NCBI GenBank assembly: GCA_048886685.1
Contig: JBHLKM010000001.1
Span: 64,001 to 128,000, forward strand
Direction of reading: 5' to 3'
Source of the DNA: Candidatus Hodarchaeota archaeon
GTDB taxonomy: Archaea > Asgardarchaeota > Lokiarchaeia > Sigyniarchaeales > SOKP01
DNA length: 64,000 bases
Shown: positions 58,162 through 64,000 of the stretch, piece by piece
Position numbering within the stretch: position 1 is the stretch's first letter
Layout of the letters: each line of letters starts with the position of its first letter
Position numbers and translations under genes: made by a program
The notes under the pieces: model-generated
Seen by the model: the letters and a program-made list of their open reading frames with translations, nothing else
The model's database searches: none
What the model was told of the DNA's origin: nothing

Positions 58162-59313
58162 TTATAATCCAACAATATTTATTGGTGAAGAATCATTGTC
58201 CGAATCTACAGCCGCTTGTACATACGGGGATATGGGTCCATTTGCCAGAACCATAATTTTAACTTTGGATCCCATATCTGGTTTGTTTTGTACTCCAAAT
58301 TTTAGTTGAGCTTCCTCAGGAATTTCACTTGTAATAGTAGATACAACACTATCTACCTTTGATAATGGTAAAGTATGATCACCGGTAACAGATACTATAC
58401 ACCGTTCAACTTTTTTAGGGTCAGGTTGTAAAAGCGGATTATTAATGGCTAATCTGGATTTCTCAATTAAATCGGATTCGTCTCCCACTGACTCTGCAAT
58501 ACCTATTAAGCCTGTAGGATAATCTCCTTTTTTTACAAAAATACGTTTCACATCAGCATAATCTATGTTGACTAGACCACAGTTGTTGATTAAGTTAACG
58601 ACTTCGCCAATATTCCTAATTAAGACCTCATCCATTATTTTAAAACCTGTTATCATTGGAATCTTTCCCACGATTCCCAAAAGATTATCATTTGGGACTG
58701 TTATTAAAAAATCAGAATAATCTGCCAAATTTTTAAGTCCTAATTTTGCTCTTACACTTCGTTGAACTCCTTCTGATTTGAATGGAAGTGAACAGAAGGT
58801 GACTACAATAGCATTGTTTTTTTTTGCCTCTTCTGCAATAACAGGCGCTGCTCCGGTTCCCGTTCCCCCACCTAAACCACAAGTTAAAAAGACAATATCT
58901 GCATTAAGGACTTTATTCAATCTATCTCTATCTTCTTCGGCAGCCGCGGTTCCAATCAAAGGATCATTCCCTGAACCCATACCTTGACATCGTTCCTTCC
59001 CAATTAGAACTTTCTGACTTGCATTTGAATAATACAAGTCATGTGCATCAGTATTTATACAAATTGTCTCAGCATTATTTATGCCCATATCCTCCAAACG
59101 TGAAACAGTGTTATTTCCAGCGCCCCCCACTCCTACTACCTGTGTTTTTACTTTTAAAACTTTCAATAAGTCTGCTAAATACTTGTCATCGTCACAATTT
59201 GGGTTTGTATTAGGATTTTGATTATGACGGGCGATTTCATTGAACCGTTCTCTTGCTGATGTTCGAGATTTTGCCATTTCTAAAATATCATCAAAACTCA
59301 TAAAATTCATCAA
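58162..59313 (-). CDS. ftsZ: FtsZ-family GTPase (divergent)
   Basis: VGVGGAGNN, NTD, GLGGGTGTGAAP tubulin signature, PFKSEG, NDNL, NIDYADV. Confidence 0.92.
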   Translation of the reverse strand: MMNFMSFDDILEMAKSRTSARERFNEIARHNQNPNTNPNCDDDKYLADLLKVLKVKTQVVGVGGAGNNTVSRLEDMGINNAETICINTDAHDLYYSNASQKVLIGKERCQGMGSGNDPLIGTAAAEEDRDRLNKVLNADIVFLTCGLGGGTGTGAAPVIAEEAKKNNAIVVTFCSLPFKSEGVQRSVRAKLGLKNLADYSDFLITVPNDNLLGIVGKIPMITGFKIMDEVLIRNIGEVVNLINNCGLVNIDYADVKRIFVKKGDYPTGLIGIAESVGDESDLIEKSRLAINNPLLQPDPKKVERCIVSVTGDHTLPLSKVDSVVSTITSEIPEEAQLKFGVQNKPDMGSKVKIMVLANGPISPYVQAAVDSDNDSSPINIVGL

Positions 59314-59530
59314 ATGAAATGAGGTTTTTATAATACGAGAAAAATATCGGAATAATATATGAAAGTAATATGAAGATAATACGCATATTACGTCTGTATT
59401 ATATCCATTAAACTATGACTTTCTTAATATTATTTTGAAATTCCTATTTAAATTTGAATCGTATATCGATTTTTTCAACTGAAACATAGGACAAAACGCT
59501 GGAGAAAAAAGTTTATAAGTCTATATTTTC

Positions 59531-59800
59531 ATGAATATCATACTATTAGGGATATTTCAAATGGAAATCAATAATACTCGAAATAACAGCAAAGAATCCG
59601 TGGAAAGCTCGAAACATGATGAGCCAATACAAGTGCGTGCTATCATTTCCTGTCCGAACTGTGGCTATAAGAAGAAGTTCAGAAATCAATTTCTTAGAAA
59701 AGATCTTGAATTACTCACAGTAGCAGTTAAGGTCTTCGAGTTTATCACATGCAATAAATGCGGAGATCTTATAAAACTTGATTTAGAGCTAAGTATATGA
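59531..59800 (+). CDS. Small Zn-ribbon protein (likely start 59561)
   Basis: CPNCG...CNKCG. Confidence 0.7.
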   Translation: MNIILLGIFQMEINNTRNNSKESVESSKHDEPIQVRAIISCPNCGYKKKFRNQFLRKDLELLTVAVKVFEFITCNKCGDLIKLDLELSI

Positions 59801-59883
59801 TTAATCTTTTTCAATTCTATATTTGAATCTTTAATACCGACTCAATATCTTGATTTAAAATTCTCAATTTTCAAATCTTCAAT

Positions 59884-61194
59884 TTAGAGATCCAAATTAA
59901 TATTACCATATGTGCCTCCACCACCAGGTGTATAGCTAATTTCATTTTTTCTAAGAGCATTTACAATTAAAGCGAGAGTTTGGTCATATTCCTCAATTTT
60001 ACTTATTGGAGTATCAATTAAAATCTCAAACTCTGTTCCAAGCGTTTGAATAATCTTATTATATTCATTTAAAACTGTCTTACTTGCTGTACTTTTGATA
60101 CCTTTAATCGAACGGATTATATCTATTAATGGAACCGCATTTATATAAGGGGGTCGATGATCTGGATTTTCAGTTTCATTATATGTAGATATTTTTTCAA
60201 TTCTTTCGCTGACTCCCAATTTTATTTTGAAATTCTTATTATATTCCTCTTTACAAGCGGGACAGTTCATTTTATTTTTTGCTACCTGTTCTATATAGTC
60301 TATTCTAGAAGAATTAGGATTATTTGAATAATATATAACAAAATTTTCAGTTATAGAGTACTGATTAAAGACTGTACTGACTTGCTTTTTCGCTTTCCTA
60401 AAAAGGATCCTTCTTCTACATTTACTGCAAAACATATTATAGTATTTACCAAGCTTAGGGTGAAGACCAACATTAAGTATAATCTTTCTCCCATTTCTTC
60501 TCATTAGTGCCAATAAAATTTCGTCAAAAGAGGGATTATCAAGGTCAAACCTATTGAATTCCCGTCCCAAAGATCGAGGATTTTGAGAGTGAGCATCACT
60601 ATTGCTTAAGAATGAGACATTTTTTAAAGATTCAAGCCTATCTGCTAAATCTGTGTTAGCAGATAAACCCAATTCTAAAAAATACACATTTTTCACATTG
60701 TCTTGATAACAGTCCTTTAAAGTTTCGAATTTACCTTGACGAAAAATCGCTTTAAAGGGTGTGAAAGCATGAGCTGGGCCAATAATGCCCCCAGCATCTG
60801 TTATTAAATCAACTAGTTCAGATGGAGATAAATTAACTCTAGGTCTGCCACCCCACTCATCTAAAATATTTTTAGAGTGTGATTTTAATTTATTTTGGAT
60901 TTCTTTAACTGAAGTAAAATCGGGAAATAACATAACATGATGAATACTTTCCCTATCTTCTATTTCTGTCTGAAGGATGAAAAATATATCTTTATATGAA
61001 AAGGATCCATCGTTTTGGTGTTTCAAATTACGTTCCATGTATTTAAGCCATTCTGGTTGTAAAATATCTCCAGTACCAAGAATATTTAAACCTTTTTTCT
61101 TACAGGTCTCCAACATTGTATCTAAATTTAATGATTTCGATACTGCGATTGAATGAGGACTATGTATGTGGAGATCAGCGTTAAATATATCCAT
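59884..61194 (-). CDS. PHP-domain protein, TIGR00375/endonuclease Q-like
   Basis: DLHIHS, GTGD, PAHAFTP, ELGLSA, SNSDAHS, LGREFN, LGKY..CSKC, GVSERI, RPPY, PGGGGTYG. Confidence 0.9.
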   Translation of the reverse strand: MDIFNADLHIHSPHSIAVSKSLNLDTMLETCKKKGLNILGTGDILQPEWLKYMERNLKHQNDGSFSYKDIFFILQTEIEDRESIHHVMLFPDFTSVKEIQNKLKSHSKNILDEWGGRPRVNLSPSELVDLITDAGGIIGPAHAFTPFKAIFRQGKFETLKDCYQDNVKNVYFLELGLSANTDLADRLESLKNVSFLSNSDAHSQNPRSLGREFNRFDLDNPSFDEILLALMRRNGRKIILNVGLHPKLGKYYNMFCSKCRRRILFRKAKKQVSTVFNQYSITENFVIYYSNNPNSSRIDYIEQVAKNKMNCPACKEEYNKNFKIKLGVSERIEKISTYNETENPDHRPPYINAVPLIDIIRSIKGIKSTASKTVLNEYNKIIQTLGTEFEILIDTPISKIEEYDQTLALIVNALRKNEISYTPGGGGTYGNINLDL

Positions 61195-61253
61195 CAGTTA
61201 TTAAAAACCATAATTCAATAAAAAGATTTTAATAAGGGATTAATTAATCGGTT

Positions 61254-62303
61254 TCAATTTGTGATAAGCATTTTATCTTTGATTTGATCAGTTAGTAAAA
61301 TTCGATAATACTCTGATTTATTTTTATAATTAACTTTTTCTAGCTTTCCTTCCACGATAACTGTTTCTCCTTCCTTAGCCTGCTCACAAAAACGTGCTCT
61401 AAAAGAGTTTATTTCCAAAATATCATTAAAATTGATTTCATTTGAGGTCAAGTTTTTCTCTAAGATTTTTATATTATTGATTTTATAAGAACAAGGAGTA
61501 AAAATAGAATCTTTAGAATCCGTGATTAAAGCTTTTACTTTAATTCTACCAAAGTTTGAATATTTAAAATCATAATAATTACCCTCCCAATCTTTAGGGC
61601 CCTTTATATATCGAATAAAATAATGTGACCCATGGAATTTACCTTGATGTAGTTTTCTTTGTTCACTCTGTACGAATTCTTCAAAAGAGACACCAGATCC
61701 TCCAACTCTCCAATTATAATGAGATTTATACTCATCCATATCATACATTCTTAATTTATTGGATTCTTCTAATAGGAGTTTTAGTTTTTCTTGGAATCTA
61801 TAACTATTCTTCGTTCCATAGATAATAATATCAATATCTGAGTCCTCCTTATTCAAACCAACCATAACAGATCCAGTAATTCCTATTAAATCTTGAGAGA
61901 TACCTCCCTTATCTATGAATAATTCACATAAACTTTTGGAATATTGTTCTGTGTTGGAGAGTTTTTCTTTTTTTTCCAAACTCTTTAAACAGTCTCTTGG
62001 AGTATATATCTTCTTAATATCTTGAATTTTTACTCCTTGTAATTCTAAATTAAGTTCTTCGGAAGAAAAAAGGTATTTAGGATATTTAGTTCTTAATAGG
62101 GAGTATCGTTCCTCCAATTCATATACTTTTTTGAATTTAACACCCTTTTTTATCCTATCTCCTTCGGGATGAGGATAGAATCTTAAGAAGCAAATTTTCC
62201 TGTCATTTGGATGAAGTAGGCCTTTAATATCAAAAAATAAATTATCTTCCTTAGTTTCTATATAATCTCCCTCAATTCCCTTGGATATTTTCATAAAGGT
62301 CAC
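61254..62303 (-). CDS. Archaeal nucleotidyltransferase-domain protein (COG1665-like)
   Basis: GITGS..VGL...SDIDIIIYG; F.EQA.EGE...VEGKLE. Confidence 0.85.
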   Translation of the reverse strand: MTFMKISKGIEGDYIETKEDNLFFDIKGLLHPNDRKICFLRFYPHPEGDRIKKGVKFKKVYELEERYSLLRTKYPKYLFSSEELNLELQGVKIQDIKKIYTPRDCLKSLEKKEKLSNTEQYSKSLCELFIDKGGISQDLIGITGSVMVGLNKEDSDIDIIIYGTKNSYRFQEKLKLLLEESNKLRMYDMDEYKSHYNWRVGGSGVSFEEFVQSEQRKLHQGKFHGSHYFIRYIKGPKDWEGNYYDFKYSNFGRIKVKALITDSKDSIFTPCSYKINNIKILEKNLTSNEINFNDILEINSFRARFCEQAKEGETVIVEGKLEKVNYKNKSEYYRILLTDQIKDKMLITN

Positions 62304-62314
62304 TATATTATTGA

Positions 62315-63451
62315 TTAATATTTTGAAGGAGTCTTTGATTTAATCTTATGTTTTGGAATAGTTTTGATCTTTCTTATTTCTCTTTCAAAATCTCGCTTTT
62401 CATTTAGAAATCTTTGTTTATCTTTTTCTAGCTTTTCTCTTTCACGTTTAATAGTGTTTTTTTCGCTTTCCAATAATGTTTTTTCTTTTGCTAATTGTTT
62501 ATATTCATTATTTAGTTTTCTAAGCTTTTCTTCTAAATTCGGAATTTTATTGGTTAAAGAGTAATATGTATCTTCTGCTCGAGGAATTTTTCTTTCTAAT
62601 TCTTTATACCTTGCTTCTTGTTGTCGCTTTCTATTCTCCGAATCTCTTACTTCTCTTTCAACCTTATCCCTATAATTTTTTAAATCTGCTTTTTTCTTAT
62701 CAATTTCGCGGGCTTTAAGATCTAAATTTTGCTTTTCATATCGTGTTTTTTCTCTTTCTTCTTTTAGTTTTCTCTTTGCATCAGCTATTCGATTCTTTTC
62801 ATCAGTAATCTCCCTTTTTTTATTATTTACTTCTCTTTCCAAATTATCTCTTTCTCTAGTTAGATTTTTAATTTCATTTCTTAAATCCATTAATTTATCC
62901 TCTAAATCTTTGTTAGTTCTTTCTAAAGCACTTTCTCTTCTTTCCATGCCCGGAAGTTTAGTTTTAATTTCCTCTATGCGATTTTCTGTTCTTTCTCTTT
63001 CTCTCTCTAAATTACGCTTTTCTTTCCCTATTTCTTCACGTAATTTGTCTAATTTCTCTTGGAATTTCTCTAATTGAGCATTTTTTTCATCTAATTCTTC
63101 ATTTTTTCGTCTAAATTTATCTCTAAATTGCCTTTCTTTGATAGCTAATTCGTTCTTATTCTGTTCTAACTCATTTCTCGATTTTTTCAGCTCATTTCGT
63201 AAGTTATCCCTTCGTTCAAGAAGATTTTTAACTTCTAGTTCAATATCTTTTCTCTTCTTTTCGAGATCCTTTATATTATCATTGTAATTTTCAATTTGAT
63301 TAACAATTCTTTCCCATTCACTTTTTTCTTTATCTAAAGCAATTCTCTCCTTTTTTAATTTTTTTAACAGCTTTTTATCTGGGATCTCATCTATTTCTTC
63401 ATCTGGTGTTTTTTCTCGAATCTGATGTTTGGGAATAGGTTTTTCATTCAT
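62315..63451 (-). CDS. Long coiled-coil protein with matching terminal motifs
   Basis: E/K/R/L-rich heptads over more than 300 aa; IPKHxIxxKTP at both termini. Confidence 0.8.
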   Translation of the reverse strand: MNEKPIPKHQIREKTPDEEIDEIPDKKLLKKLKKERIALDKEKSEWERIVNQIENYNDNIKDLEKKRKDIELEVKNLLERRDNLRNELKKSRNELEQNKNELAIKERQFRDKFRRKNEELDEKNAQLEKFQEKLDKLREEIGKEKRNLERERERTENRIEEIKTKLPGMERRESALERTNKDLEDKLMDLRNEIKNLTRERDNLEREVNNKKREITDEKNRIADAKRKLKEEREKTRYEKQNLDLKAREIDKKKADLKNYRDKVEREVRDSENRKRQQEARYKELERKIPRAEDTYYSLTNKIPNLEEKLRKLNNEYKQLAKEKTLLESEKNTIKREREKLEKDKQRFLNEKRDFEREIRKIKTIPKHKIKSKTPSKY

Positions 63452-63667
63452 AAATGCTCATTTATTATCTAATTTTGCTAATAAATTCATATTAATCCTA
63501 ACTCTAAAGTGTTTTGTATTTGAAATTGTATTAATTAAATTTTTCTATGGGTAGAATCGATTTATATATTAATTATACCTTCTATTATTTCTATAAAGAA
63601 TATACAAAAAACAATTGACATAATCACTAAAATTAATTATTTTAATAAGAAAGTAGGTGTTGAAATA

Positions 63668-64000
63668 ATGGGTTATGATGATGAGTTTGATGAGGAATTT
63701 GATGAAGAATTAGACGAGGATTTAGATGAAGATTTAGAAGAACCTTCTACAAAGACTCCCGAAGAAGTAGTTGAATCCAAAACTCCCGCAGTTATTACTG
63801 AAGGCAAAAAGATTTCTGTATATTTCATGTCAACTATTGGACCTGGCGAAAAAAAACAGAAATTAAATGTAAATACGGGCAACAATGTTGGGGATGTTAA
63901 AGAAACGGTAGCAAACTTATTTGGATTAGATCCGGCTGATTTTCATTTATCATCGGGTGGAGTTACTATGGATGAGGGTTCATTTTTAAAAGATTATAAT
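63668..64000 (+). CDS. Ubiquitin-like (beta-grasp) protein with acidic N-terminal extension (runs off the right edge)
   Basis: Not in the ORF track. AGGTG RBS; MGYDDEFDEEFDEELDEDL...KISVYFMSTIGPGEKKQKLNVNTGNNVGDVKETVANLFGLDPADFHLSSGGVTMDEGSFLKDYN follows the ubiquitin pattern T(I/V)..VK..I....GIP..Q.L..G..L.D...L.DYN. Confidence 0.72.
   Translation, partial: MGYDDEFDEEFDEELDEDLDEDLEEPSTKTPEEVVESKTPAVITEGKKISVYFMSTIGPGEKKQKLNVNTGNNVGDVKETVANLFGLDPADFHLSSGGVTMDEGSFLKDYN
63680..63740 (+). repeat. Degenerate 12-nt coding tandem repeat (DEEF/DEEL/DEDL)
   Basis: gatgaggaattt gatgaagaatta gacgaggattta gatgaagattta. Confidence 0.7.

Noticed and set aside
59884-62303. Nucleotidyltransferase plus PHP nuclease as a toxin-antitoxin or CBASS-like defence pair
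   Set aside because: Both resemble widespread archaeal housekeeping-type families (COG1665-like, TIGR00375/EndoQ-like), and no HEPN partner or effector gene is adjacent.
1055-62564. Many short ORFs overlapping longer genes (e.g. 1055-1246, 2538-2723, 6746-7012, 11473-11835, 16863-17135, 19132-19470, 26186-26509, 45384-45692, 47897-48205, 58778-58987, 62364-62564)
   Set aside because: They lie antisense or out of frame within well-supported genes and show no motifs of their own.
63680-63740. Short tandem repeats as a possible CRISPR array
   Set aside because: These are 12-nt degenerate coding repeats without spacers; no cas genes or repeat-spacer structure were seen in the window.
63673-63885. 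Ser-rich 70-aa minus-strand ORF
   Set aside because: It is the antisense shadow of the acidic repeat in the plus-strand ubiquitin-like gene.

Overview
Strongly AT-rich, gene-dense archaeal DNA, most likely from an Asgard archaeon of the Lokiarchaeia type. This is inferred from a stand-alone roadblock protein, Rag/Arf-like and Rab-like small GTPases, a ubiquitin-like ORF at the right edge, archaeal AlaRS and DtdA, and a Loki-type gene-family fragment. The first ~38 kb is an oxidative-stress and thiol-redox region: CoA-disulfide reductase fusion, OsmC, rubrerythrin, desulfoferrodoxin, flavodiiron protein, two rubredoxins missing from the ORF track, an NROR-rubredoxin fusion, Isf, glutaredoxins, ferredoxin:thioredoxin reductase, tandem PDOs and TrxR. 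Two candidate undescribed systems stand out. (1) At 38.7-43.2 kb, a co-oriented run of ArsR, Rag-like GTPase, MASE3/PAS histidine kinase and response regulator. The regulator's output domain looks like a folliculin/NPRL2-type longin (uDENN) domain with an Arg at the GAP arginine-finger position, suggesting a phosphorelay-controlled GTPase switch. (2) At 33.6-36.9 kb, a three-gene bacillithiol-like operon (GT2, bshB, bshC) in which a GT2 enzyme occupies the place of the GT4 BshA, with a DinB-type protein nearby, suggesting a new low-molecular-weight thiol. Other observations: a tightly linked fprA-acyl-CoA dehydrogenase pair, a mosaic of gene fragments at 13.2-15.1 kb, apparent ATT/ATA start codons, three Cys-tailed Lrp paralogues, and a long coiled-coil protein with the same motif at both ends. 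No rRNA, tRNA, CRISPR array or intact transposase was recognised. All family assignments come from motif recognition by eye; no searches were run.
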